From Camelus dromedarius (lineage: Eukaryota), in assembly GCF_036321535.1 (NCBI RefSeq), contig NC_087436.1, forward strand, positions 16,988,001 through 17,052,000: a stretch of 64,000 bases of DNA, given 5' to 3'. The notes below the pieces were generated by a model. It did no database searches. It had not been told where the DNA came from and saw nothing but the letters and a program-made list of their open reading frames with translations. Numbering within the stretch: position 1 is the stretch's first letter; each line of letters begins with the position of its first letter. Positions 40,541 through 53,466 of this stretch are shown here, piece after piece. The position numbers were made by a program, and so were the translations under genes.

Positions 40541-42119
40541 CTTCCTTCAGTGCCACCTCAACTGCCACTCTGAGGTGTGGTGTACACTGAGTTCCTTTGT
40601 TCCATCCACACATATAAGTCTTGTCACTCCCTTAAAATGTCCCTGGAGGGGTCTTTCAGAATAGTGATTCTTCCTTTCAGACATATCTTGTTTGAGAGCT
40701 GAGGAAGTCTGTGTCAGCTTCAGGCATTCTCTCTCATTTAGGTCTGAATTTTATTGTTTCTGCCAAATATTCTTCAGTCATTGGAAGTTATGGTAATTCT
40801 CATGTTTCATTAAAGATGTAAATACACTTGTATTTTTGGTAGATTAAAAAATGTTTCTTTGGAGTATCATGGGAGAGAAGGAGAGAAAAATTACTTTTAC
40901 TATACCAGCTTTAACTGGGGATATTATTACCTATTGATACTTATAAATAAATCAAGCCAGTAAATTGGACATTTGTTAAATAAGTAAATTCTTCCATTCA
41001 TTAATTAGCTTGTACCCAACCTGTTTTGTAAGAATTCAGATTAATGTTAACTTTTCTATAATAAGTAAACAGACCTCGAATTATAGACCTCTTTACTGTT
41101 ATTGAGAAATCTAAATTAAACTACCAAATGAACTCCCAAAACTGAAAAAATGGTTTAGTTCTAAACGACTATTTAAAAAAATTAATACCAAGTAATTTTC
41201 CAAGGGAATACCACTTGATATTCGGTATTCCCTTGGAAAATCCATCAAGAAAGATTCTCATTTATTTGGAGTTCATTTTTTGCTATATGAAATAGCATGG
41301 TGTTAATTTTGTCTCCAGAATTTGGAGAAAATCCTAAGCACATAAAAGAGAAGGTAAATCTTTGGGTTTTTTGAGAATATTTTTGCCTGCAAGCAGACAT
41401 AATTGTTGAGTAAATGTATAGAGGTAAGCTGTTGTAGTCAACTGCCAATTATTGCAATTTTTCCTAAGGGATTGATATAATATGGGACAATAATACTTAC
41501 AATATTGAATTGTGTAATTAACTCCAAATTTCCCCACAGTATACCTTTTAAAACTTATTTCAGTATGGAATAGCCTAAGGATTAGTTGAATTTCACTCAA
41601 CCCTTAAGAATATGTATACACAAAGGAAAATAACCAAACAGATAGAAATATGTGGCAAGAAAGACAAGGAGATTGGGTAATTCAAATTTAATTTAACAAT
41701 TTAGAATAACTCTTTATTTGGAATTGCTATACTTCCAACCTAGGAGGTAACTTTATTAAAATATTCTTCCAAATCAGGAGAAAAGAAATATATTTTGAAT
41801 TATGTATAATAAGCCACCAAAAAACTGTCACTGTGCTCTTAAGTTTTGAGAATTTTTTTGTGCTATTGTGTTTCTCTCAAAGTGAGAACATTTTAACTAA
41901 GGTGAGAGGAACATTTGTCTTCAGTCTGTCAGAGTAAAGTCATGCTAATGGATTTAATCTGGCTATCCTGAGACTCAGACCTTCAGAGAAAAGTGAAGGG
42001 CATATTTTTAAAATGGATTACTTAAAATTCATCTTAACACTCCAATCATTTATGAGACAATGTTTGCCTTACTTCCAGTACACAGACTTATTCACATAAA
42101 AACACACACACAAAGGCTT

Positions 42120-42720
42120 TTATTTTTTTCTAGCTGTTTTGTTAGTAATTAAAAATTTTTTGAATCATATTCTTTTTCTAGTATGTATTCTAGCTAGTTT
42201 TTCTTGCATATATAAGGATTGTCAATTTTTATATGTTTATTTTATAATCAGTAGCCATATTTTACTCTCCCAAATTGTAATAATTTTTAGCTTATCTTGA
42301 GTTTTATATGTGTGGAATCGTTTCACCTGAAAATGATGTGATGTTTTTCGTAATTATACATCTGTCATTTAAGATGTGATTTAAGATACCTTTTCCTTGA
42401 TTTTTTTCACTAACTAGTAGAACTTTTAAGACATTAGATAATAATAATGATGCATATTGTTATTTTCTCACTATTTTAATATTATTATCTACCATTGATA
42501 TATATTTTAAGTTTGTATCCTTCTGTCCCTAGTTTACTACATGTCTTTATGAAGAGGTGGGTTTTTTTTTTCAATTTTATTAAAAATCTTTTGATATCTA
42601 TTGAGACTGTTCACATTTTATTTGACAAATTGCATTCCCAACTTAAATCTTTGTTCCTCGCTAATTATTTAAGTATGCTCTTGGATTTTTCATACTATTA
42701 TTTTATTTAGGAATTTTAGA
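42120..42720 (-). mobile_element. Ancient L1 ORF2 fragment
   Basis: Degenerate antisense ORF2 motifs (gtatccttctgtccctagtttact, atctattgaga). Confidence 0.5.
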
Positions 42721-45569
42721 TGTAAAGTCATTTTAATCTTTGTTGTTTAATAACAAAGATTTTAAAAAATAAATTTACCATTGAGCTTTTCTTTAGCAGT
42801 TTATTATAGGTTTTAACATACTTTATATAGGATGTTAGAAAAAAAGAAAATGCCCCTCATAAGAAATCCTTATAATTTTTTTCAGAATCATTAACCAAAA
42901 TTATTTTGTTTTATGTAGCTATGTGACTTGTTTATGTACAGTAATGTGCTCTGTGTTTTTGTCTAAATTCTATGAAGAGAGAAAAAGTGAAAAGTCTTTT
43001 AGCTTTCTTTATCTGATACTTGAAAATGTATTTAATTTGCTTATGAGTCTAAAAGACAAAAAAAAATCAACATGGGAATGAAAATACATATTAGCATAAT
43101 TCTTTACTAATCTATGTACTTATTCCACTGAAGAAGTGAATCTTTTGAAATATCTGTACTTTGAATATTCAGCAATCAAATGACTGCAATCCCCTAATTT
43201 TCTATTTCACAGTAGAAATCTGATTGGATTTATAGAGGTGTGTATGTATTAATGACACAATATTTCCACATTTAACCGTTGAATTATATGGTAAAGAACA
43301 TTCTGGTGAAATTTACAGTTTTCATGAACTGAGGGAATTTAAAACTAGTAATATTTGCTATATTTTAACAATTTTAAAATTAAGGCTGCTATACTTTAAC
43401 AAAATTTTAATTAATTCATGTCCTTATTTTATATTCTTTACTCTAAGTCAAATGTTAATGAACATTTTTGCTCTTCCTTAAATTAAGCAATGTTAATATT
43501 TAAGTGTAATGTAAGAGACCAATGTTCCTTGTATTTATTTTTCCTGGTTTTATCATCCAGTGGCATATTGTTTAACTGCCTCCTTAACTGTTTTGCCTCT
43601 TGGTTTTTCTGCTTAGTGTTTTGCTCCTTTATCAATGATGTGTAAGATCTTATAGTTCAGCTCAGAGAAATTAAATGTAAGAAAGTTTCATTAATTTAGG
43701 AATGGAGACGCTTTAGATTCATGTTCCCTTGTTCAAGACATATGCAGTTTTTTATACTGATACATTGACATTCTTCTTTTAAATTTACTAATGAATAGAG
43801 AAAGCTTGGATTAAAATCACATGACAAAAATTATGACATTCATCTAATTCAAATCAAAGAAAATGAATGCAACATGAAAACAAAGTGCTCTAACAGTGAT
43901 AAGATATTAAAAGTACAACATTTATAAATTGGTCATTTACACTGGATTATAGACTATTTGACCACCAGTTTGAACTCCCATTTGATAACCCATGCTAAAA
44001 ACCTCATATGACTGATCAGTGGCCCATGAGAGATAAATCAGCATTTTAATAAATGCAAAATATTCACAGTGGAAGAAAATCTCCATTATCTGTCACTGTT
44101 GTTTTTAGCCTGTGAACTTTGTTCATGTGATGACAATAAAGTGTGTTTTTACCTGGTGATAAATTTAGTTGCATAATAGTGCAAGTTCTTAGGCTATTTC
44201 TGCCCATACTTGTAAATATTTCTTAAGAATTGACATCAATAACTAGGTCTTCCATTCTGGTTTAATAACCCAGGGACATTAGTAAAGCTTTGTTAGCCAT
44301 CTAACTGTCCCTGATACACTTAGGCTGGTCCTGAACTTAACAATTTACATAAGAGCCCTTTTTAAGTATTGAGTCTGTACTGAGATTTGTATTGCAGACA
44401 GGCCGTTAGCAAGAAATTGACACTTTCAAAAATCCTGGGAACCCAAGGTTCTTCTCACTCAATGTAAAGTACATTTCCTTTGTGTACTGTGTACACAACT
44501 GAGATTGTGCTGCTCATGTATTTTTAGTGTTAAAATATCCTTTAATAATAATTTTAGAAAGGAACAATTGTGATAGTAGTCTTTCTTTTTTTCATCCCTA
44601 CTTAAAATGTAAAGCTGGTAATTTTTTATCTGTTTCCTAATTATAAATTTTTAATAAATTATTTTTATTTTTTTAAGTAGCTGATCAGTGTATTATTTTT
44701 AATAGTAAAGATTTTATATTTTATTTGATCTAAGAGTGATCTGCCACCAAGTATCCTTTTAGCTACCTATGCTCTGTTATAGTTCCTTGGGGGTTGTGGG
44801 AGAATAAAAATCATGCAAATGGGATTATAGTTGGCAAATATTAAGAGTAATATATATTCTTTATACATTTTTGTGTTTCCAGAATTTTCTATCATGAACA
44901 CATAATACTTTTAAAATCATGAAATAATATTAAGAAAACCATGGAACCATAATATTTGCCAAACAAAAATAAGTCATTAGTATGATTCCATTTATAACAT
45001 ATTTTTTAAATCACTGTGATTCTTGAAGTACAAGTTTGGGGACCACTGCCTTAAATGTTCAAATTCAGGCTCTGCAGGAGGGAAGCAAAGAGTTCTCAAT
45101 AATACAGCGCCCTGTGTTTGAGATGAAGGCAAGGGCATCTTTGGGTTCTCTGAGCACTCATGATCTACTCTGAGTATTAAGCATAATGAGCCTCACTTTT
45201 CTGAGAGGCAAGGGGAAACTAGAGGTGTCTAAGGAGGTCCCACTGGGTTTTTATTTTGACTTCCATCCTTAGCAAACAAAGAGAGTTATGACCAGTTGAT
45301 GAACAGTGGTTTTGACCTGAGGGCTCATCAGTAGCCTCTGTAAAACAAGTTCTTGCAGAGAAGCTTAACATCTGAAAACTGCCTGGAAAGATCTATGAGC
45401 TGCTGCTATAGTGAGAGAAACCATAGTGCCGACTAGCAGACTATGCAGGGACAGCTGAAGGATTTAGAAAGATTGGAAGAAGACTTCAAAGGGAGAGGCT
45501 ACTCGATGACTAGCAACCAACTGAGGTGCTAACAGTCCCAAGATACCAGGAGCTGTGTGTTTAAAATAA

Positions 45570-45840
45570 TGTGGCATCCTGGTCCAAAGGACAGGCTTTG
45601 AAGTTAGAATTGAGATTAGATCCTGGCTTCACCACTTACTGGCTCTGAGGCCATGGACATGCTCTGTAACCTCTATATGCCTCCGTCTCTTGAGCTATGT
45701 TATGAGTATGATAATATTGAACTCAAAGGATTGTCAGCAAGGCAAACATGTTGTTTTAGGATTAAATTAATGAATGTATGTAACCTGCTTAGCACCCTGC
45801 CTGCTATATACTAAGCTCCCAATGAATACTATTAATTATT
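45570..45840 (+). mobile_element. MIR SINE
   Basis: aggctttgaagttaga...gatcctggcttcaccacttactggctctg...taacctct. Confidence 0.8.
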
Positions 45841-45849
45841 ATTGTATTT

Positions 45850-46620
45850 GTTAATTAAAAAGTCTTTTATTGACCCTTTCTATCAGGCACAGGGCTAGGT
45901 ATTAGGAGATTCTATGGTTAGCAAACATTGAATGGACTTTGCCTGCCCTGTGCCTGAGACTAGTTACTGTTGTAACTGATAATCTTCTGAGGGAGACAGA
46001 TCTTAAGTAATAATAGAAATAATATAATTACAAACTTCAGTAAGTGTAATGGAGGAAAAGTATAGCAAACAATAACTCTGAGATGATTTAATGTGAAGGC
46101 TTGAGCTAGTTTGGTGGGAGTCAGAGGAGACTTTGAGAAGAGACATGCAGGTGATGTAGATGTTAATGAGACAATGGAGGAAAGGGTGTGGGAGGAGAAT
46201 GTGCCAGGTAGACAGAGCATCTTATGCTAAGGTTCTGAAATAGGAGGATGCAAGCTGTATTTATGAAACTAAAAGAAAGCCAAGGTTGCCAGAGAAAAGA
46301 TGGAGGAGGAGGCAGGGCCCGAATGTTCAGAATATTTTAGGACATAGTAAGGACCCAATATTATTTTAAGAGCATCAGGAAACCACTGATGAGAAAATAT
46401 ATGTAATAGGAAACCATTAAATAAGAAAATGTATTACAAATACTTTAAAAATATTCTGGCTGCAGTTTAGGGACAAGATCAAAAGGGCCAAGAAAACTAT
46501 TTAGGAGGCTAAAGTGTTTGTATAAAACTAGATAATAGTTTTTCTGGGAGGGTGGCAGTGGGTGGTGAAGTGAGTGTCAAGGAGGTCTTGTTTTCTAGGT
46601 TGTGTCATTAGGTAGGGGCT
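45850..46620 (-). mobile_element. L2 fragment
   Basis: ttttattgaccc...caggcacagggctaggtattaggagatt...tattctggctgcagt. Confidence 0.7.
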
Positions 46621-46699
46621 GTTTACTGAGACAGAACCTGGCACAAGACAGACATTAAGATGCCCATTTGCTAGTCAAGTAGAGTTGTCAGTTAGTCAA

Positions 46700-46884
46700 T
46701 GTATATCTTGATTTTGCTAACTGTAAGATGTGTATTTTCATATTTTAATGTCCCTAAAATTGAGCTACGTATTATAATCAATGGTATGCCATAGTTAAAT
46801 TTCCAGCCAATTTATATTTCTTAGTAGTATGTAAACTAATGGAGTCATCAACAGCTGTAATGTCTTAGATTCAACAAAATATGT
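46700..46884. mobile_element. MER104-like TcMar-Tc2 DNA transposon
   Basis: taagatgtgtattttcatattttaatgtccctaaaattg...tgtcttagattcaacaaaatatg resembles the recalled MER104 consensus. Confidence 0.55.
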
Positions 46885-47159
46885 TGCTTATTATTATTGC
46901 TGATACTAAGAACAAGGAAGACCACCCTTACATTGATTAGTAGCCCACGATTACTGATTAACCAAAAATTCATGATCAGTATCCAACAAGAACATCCAAA
47001 ATAGTGCAGGAGTGACCGGAAATGGCAGTGACTTCAGGATGACTGACCATTTTTCCACTCACCCATCCAGAGCACAAGCAAGATGGGGGAGGAGCAGGAA
47101 GCTGCCGTCATTGTCTAAATAGAATAGAGGCTGTACCATCATCTGTTAAACGGAGAGCA

Positions 47160-47395
47160 CGATAATAACAATAGCACTTAAGTAATGCTGACCATAGACC
47201 AGGTGTTCTTCTAAGGACTTTATGTCAACTCATTTATAGTCTTCATTACAACACTATCATGTGAACATTTTTACTAAGATACTAAGCCTGAGAGATGTTA
47301 GCTAACTTGCTTCGGGTCACACAGCTCATAATTGGCAGATCCAGGTTGTTGACCAAGCAGTTGAGAGCCTCTGCTCTCAGCCACTGCTGCTGCTA
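47160..47395 (-). mobile_element. MIR SINE
   Basis: aataacaatagc...gagagatgttagctaacttgcttcgggtcacacagct. Confidence 0.8.
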
Positions 47396-48809
47396 CCTCT
47401 AATGAAGATAAGTGACTGCTTGGTGACCTGGGAGCAATAGAGAGTCATGTAAATATTGTGTGGGCTTTTGCTACACACCAAACCTAGACACAAGAATCTG
47501 AGCTCCTCAGAGTTTTACTACATATAATGCTTGATAAGAAGGGATAAGGAAGAGCTCTTACACTTTCGCATTCTGAGAACAGCATTATTACATCTAAATC
47601 CAACGTAGCAATATTGACTTAGCAGTATATTAAAAGAAAGGTGCTCCATAAATAACAAGTTATCAATATCAGCAGTGAAAATTAAATTCCTGTTTTTATC
47701 TTGGGATGACATGCGTAATAAAGCAAAAAGAAGAGGACATGTTTTACAGGCTGTATGTTTTCTAAAATAAAAAATGCTTATTTGTAATCAACTTTGATAT
47801 TACAAAGGAACGTACAGTAATTCAAAAATCATTATGCCTTGTTGATTTAAGCTGCAAGGCTCCATTTGTATTTCCTGATGGCAAATGCTGGCATTAGCAA
47901 GGCTGTGAGCTAGAAACCTTCAGTGTGTGTCTGAAACTACAGCTATCACTGTATCCTGTTATCCTGGCAAGTTCAACATTACACAGACTTCACTTATTTC
48001 TACTTAGTCTTCAGTCAGGATAAGCCAGTAAGAGAAAGTGCCAGTTCTGTATTCACCACTGCTTAGATTTTAGCGTAGACATTTTATTGTGCCCAAAATG
48101 GAAACATTTGCCTTTATGGGAAATAAAATGTTTTGTAAAAACAAGTAAGTATAACCCTATTAAGTAATGTTACTAAACATCTTGTTTAAGCTAAAGGAAT
48201 TAGAAAGATGTAAATCTTGAGTAAGAGAGAAAGCTTAAGTGAAATTTCACACCAAATAGGCTGCTGTTATTGCTAGCTCTTCCTACTTTATTTTTTTCTT
48301 TGCAGTTTCAAAGAAAGAAACTCTGATTGCTAGATTGATACCTGGCTGACTATCCACCAACAAACCTACTTTCTTAATCAGTTAATCATTATGTCAAACT
48401 GCCTTATACTCACTGCACCACAAAACACGATATTTAATAAAATAAAGGGGAAGAAAGAAAGGAAGGTAGATAATAGGAAGAGAAAGAAAGATAATATAAT
48501 GGGATTCTAAATAAAGATTTACATCAGTATCTCTCTTTTCTTTGAAATATTTCTAGGTAAAGTCACTTTGAATGAACTGCTCAAGAGACTGCCTTATTAA
48601 ATTTTAGGACATTGGCTTGTCAACCAAAATCTGAAAACACAAACTGGAGGCCCAAGAGCCATTACCGAAGATTTTTTACTCTACAATTCAAATTATTTTT
48701 TAATTCCAGCTTTCTTATCTACTAGTTAACACAGGTCATGTTCTCTTGACAAGCATTTGTTTGCAAATAAAAATTTCCTCACACAATCCAAATTTTAATT
48801 GAATCATTT

Positions 48810-48985
48810 ACAGATTGCAAGATTTAAGCAAGTTATTTAATTTCTTTGGGCCTTAAATTCCTCATATAAAATGGAAATAATAACAGTGTCTGCCTTATAG
48901 ATGTGTTATGAAAGTTAAATATGTTAATGGTTTAGACCAATTGGAACAATTCCTTGCATATAGTAGGTGCTATATAAATATTTAT
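48810..48985 (+). mobile_element. MIR SINE
   Basis: gcaagttatttaatttctttgggcctt...tcctcatataaaatggaaataataacagt. Confidence 0.8.
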
Positions 48986-49809
48986 GTTTGTGTTATTGTA
49001 TTTTGTTAAAGACCAAAGCCTAAGAATATTGATTATTTCAGTAGTTCCTGTTTATGGAACTCTACATTTACTCAACATTTTTGTCAGATTACTCTGATTT
49101 CATTGTTTAATGGCAATTAAAGAAATACATGGTCATGTTATAAAATATGGTTATGTTATAGTGTGTATAATGTGAATGCTGTTAATTGGTTATCTTACTT
49201 TTCTCTAAAGCTATTAACAACACTGCTTTAAACTGATAGTTTGACGATTATACTACTAAAGCCCTTAAGTCTTAATTTTTGCTAGGAATTATTTTGGGTG
49301 AAGTATCTTTGGCTAAAGAAAACTATGTTATCAACATAATCATTAGGATTCAATTTGCATCCCTTAAAGAAACACATTTAGAAATTTTTCAACAATGTCT
49401 AAAATTTTTTTTAAATAATTTTTTTTTTAACAGAAGACCGTGAAAAATACTCTGAAATCACCAAGAAATCCAATGCAATTGAAATGTTATTTACACTCTA
49501 CCCTCCTCAAGGTGCCCATGTGCGTAATAATAATTGGCTTAGGTCAACTTGGCTGAGACCCATAGTAAATGGGGAAGAAGGATATAAGTATATAGGTAAG
49601 ATACTAAACCGTATTATTTTCTTTTATAATAAAGAAAAAATGACCTTGTGCTTTATGTAAGTACACTTATCCATCACTTAGATGATGTGGAGTATTACAT
49701 TGGCCCTATAGAGTATTACCTTTAGTTCTTAAGTATTATGCTTGCAATTTAAAATGTGGCTGTTTTTCACTTTGGTGTCCCCACTAGAATAGTGAAGACA
49801 CACTGTGTT

Positions 49810-50640
49810 TGTCTGTTCACCTAATAATGGACATTTGGGTTGTTTTTTAAAAAAGTGATACTATAAGGAAAGCTGCTGTGAACATCACATGCAAGACTGT
49901 GCATAGACACGTGTTTGCATTTCTCTTGACTAAACTGTTTTCCAAAGTGATACCATTTCATATCCACCAGCAACAGAAATATAAGCGTTGCTTTTGTTCC
50001 ATAGCTTTATCAGTACTTGGTGTAATCAATTTTTCTAACTTCAGCTGTTCTGATAGCTATGTATTGGTGTGCCATTGTGGTTTTAATTTGCATTTATCTA
50101 GTAGATAATGATATGTAGCATCTTGTCATGTATTTGTCATTTGTTTATCTTCCTTGGTGAGGTGTCTCTTCAAAGTTTTGGCCACTTTTATATTGTTTTT
50201 TGTTGTTATTAAGTGTTGAGAGTCCTTTAGATATTCTGAATATAAATTCTTAACATATATATACTTTGCAAATATTTTCTCCCAGTCTGTGGCTATCCTT
50301 TCTTTCTTTTAATGATATCTTCTGAAAAGCAGGAGTTTTTAAATGTTGATGAAGTCAGATCTACCACTGTATTCTTTTATGATTCATGCTTTTACTGTTA
50401 TATCCAAGAAACACTGGTTAGACCTCTGGTTTGAAGATTTTCTTCTAGAAATTTTATAGTTTTAGGTTTTACATTTCAGTGAATGATTTATTTTGAGTTA
50501 TATTTTTTACATAGCTCAAAGTATAGGTTGAAGTTCTTTCTTTTTTAACATATTGATATCCAAATATGTTAGCACTATTTGTTGAAATAGTACTAATCTT
50601 TAATAGTATTATCTCTCTTTTAATTAACTTTGTATTTTGG
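49810..50640 (-). mobile_element. Old L1 3' region
   Basis: atggacatttgggttgttt...cattgtggttttaatttgcattt...tttgcaaatattttctcccagtctgtgg. Confidence 0.85.
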
Positions 50641-50654
50641 TAAAAAAACAAAAT

Positions 50655-51445
50655 AAGACAAAGAAAATATATAGATGACAAAGAAACACATGAAATAATG
50701 ACCAATTTACTAGTCCTTAGGAAAATACAAATAAAACCCATCGAGTCCTACCACTACTCATCTATTAGAATGACTAAAGTAAAATTTAAAAATCTGATAA
50801 TTCAAGTCTAGCAAGAATGTAGAGTAACTGGAACACTCATATATTGATGGTGGAAATGCAAAATTGCACAACCAATACTTAAAAATGTTGGTTTTTTCTT
50901 ATAGTTAATATAATCTAACCATGAAACCCAGCCATCCTACCCCTTGAAAATTACCCAAAAGAAATGAAAGTGTTTGCTTACACAGAACCTGTATATGAAT
51001 GTATATAGCAGCTTTAATCATAAATGCCAAAAGCTGGAACAACACAAATGTTTGTCAACTGGTGAATGAATAATTAAAATCTGTTAACATCTGTACAATG
51101 AAGTACTATTCAGCAATAAAAAAGAAAGAACTATTGCTACAATAACATGGATGAATTTCAATGTTAAGTGTAAGAAGCCAAACTCAAAGTCTATATTTTG
51201 ATTCCATTTAAATGACATGTTGGAAAACAAAACTAATAGGAGAGAATCAGTCTTGTGATTGCCAGGGTTTACTGCTGCTGGGAGGGTTTGACTACAAAGA
51301 GGTCCTGTGAGGGAGTTCTTAAGGCAATGAAACTGTTCTGTATTTTGATCATAGTGTGGTTACATGACTCTAAAAATTACTAAAACTAACTATATACCAA
51401 AAAGAATGAATTTTACTGTAAATACATTTTAAAAATAAATACAAC
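50655..51445 (+). mobile_element. Old L1 3' end (L1MC/MD/ME-like)
   Basis: aactggaacactcatatattgatggtggaaatgcaaaatt...caactggtgaatgaataa...aacatggatgaattt. Confidence 0.85.
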
Positions 51446-51469
51446 ATAAGAAGAGAGAAGAATTTAAGA

Positions 51470-52262
51470 ATGACCAACAAACCCAAAAATGATGTGCACC
51501 ATTTTTGGCATTAGGGAAATGTAAACTAAACACAGTGGGATACTACTACACACCTACCGTAGGGGCCAAAATTAAAAAGACTAAACACTCCAAGTGCTGC
51601 AACTAGAACACCAATATTCTGCTGATACAAAAGTAAAAGGGTAAAAACACTGTGCAAAATACTTTGACGCTTTCTTAGAAAATTAAATGTACACTTGCTA
51701 TACAACCCAGCCATACCACTCCTAGCTATTTGCCTAAGAGAAAAGAAAGTATATGTCTATACAAATACTTGTACATAAATATTCATAGACCCTTTTTTGT
51801 AAAAGACTCAAAGTAGAAACAACTCAATTGCCCATATACAGATGGAAGGATAAACAAACTGTGATATATCCATGCAGAATACTATTCATCAATATAAAAG
51901 AACAGACTATTGAATATATACGATGCATGTAACAAACAATATGGCTAAATCTCAAAAGAATTACACTGAAAGAGGTCAGACAACAAAAGAGTACAAGAGT
52001 ATGATTCTATCCGTATAGAAGTCTAGAAGTTGCAAACAAACTAGGCCTAAGACAGGAGCAGATCTGTGGTTACCTGGGCTGGGGATGAGAAATAGAAGTG
52101 AGATGTGATGGGTTACAAAATTTTGGGGGGTGATGGAAATGTTTATTAACTCGATTGTGGTGATGCGTGATGGTTCCACGGATGCAAACATATGTCAAAA
52201 TTCGTCAAATTACACATTTTAAATATGTGTAGTTTTTCATTTATGCTTCAGTAAAGCTATAG
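51470..52262 (+). mobile_element. Second old L1 3' end in tandem
   Basis: cattagggaaatgtaaa...acccagccataccactcctagctattt...ataaacaaactgtgatatatccat. Confidence 0.85.
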
Positions 52263-53274
52263 AAGTAGTTGAAAACATAAATTTAAAGAACCAAGATATT
52301 AAAATTTAATTTGCTAATATTTTTGAAAGATGACTTTTATCTTTACATTTTAGAACTAGCATATTAGAACTTATCTATAGAGAGTCACAAATTTAATGCA
52401 ATCTCATTTCACTTGCACGTGTAAAGGTATATTTAATTGCTCAGTTCTGATAGGTAGCCTAGAGGAAGAAGAGGGAAAGAAAGAGAAAGAAAATTATGAA
52501 AAAGAAAGCTGAAGGTTTTAGATTCTATAAGGTGAATCAGGACCCTGATTGCAATTTATTTACTCTTTGCAACTTCCCCCTGAAAATTAACAGAATGTGA
52601 CCTATTACATTTTAAAAGATTTGTGTTCATTGTTTAGAGCCATTTGTAAACATTTGGTTCAAATAAAACAAATCGAAAGGAAATACACAAGTGGCCTTAT
52701 GTTATAAGTTGAGGGCTCATCTCCTGAAGTTTTATGCTTTCTTTTCCCTTTTTAGTAAGTGACTGGGCCTTGAATCTTTTTAAATTACAGTTGTTATTAA
52801 ATTGATTGACAAGAGTTTGCAGTATTTGCCTTGAAAAAGATTAGTCTATTACAGAAGTGCTTTCTGAAACTCAGTAACTCCTTGGCTATAAACATTTTAA
52901 GGAAGATAGCTCTGGGAATTTATTATGTGTCCAACATTAATACTCCACAATGTAGGCACTCCTGTTTATTGATTTCACTCTGTAGATTTAGAGACAGATC
53001 ATCAGTAAGAGCTGAAAAGTAGTTAATAGAGTTACTGAATGTTCTACAAATGGCATGGGTTGCTAACAAATTATAAAGACCATACACACTCTAAAAATAT
53101 TTAGTATATCCATATTTTATATCCCAGAATTCCTGGGCTTGAATATGAACAAAGTATTTCTTCTGAATTATAATTTTATAATCTTAGAATATGAATTTTA
53201 AAAATCCGTAATTTTTTTTTTTTTTTTTTCTAGGAGCACATGTCTTGTCAAACTTATTTTCAGGAAAGTTATTT

Positions 53275-53466
53275 TGGAAGGCTAGTCTTTTTTTTTTTTT
53301 TTTTTTCACATGAACGAGCCATTCTTTCATTCACTCCACAGAAGAAAAGATGACAATATTGAGTAACTGATTAGCATCTCTGAGTTTTAAACTCTGTCTC
53401 TTTGAAGATATAGGTTCTTCGTGGCAGCAGCTCTCCTCCCTGTTTTGACTGGAAGGCTAGTCTTTT
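53275..53466 (-). pseudogene. Short polyadenylated retro-insertion of non-repeat sequence (5'-truncated processed transcript or orphan transduction)
   Basis: T19 run at 53288-53306 and a 143-nt body at 53307-53449. Perfect 17-bp TSD tggaaggctagtctttt at 53275-53291 and 53450-53466. The minus-strand target reads TT/AAAA. Confidence 0.85.
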
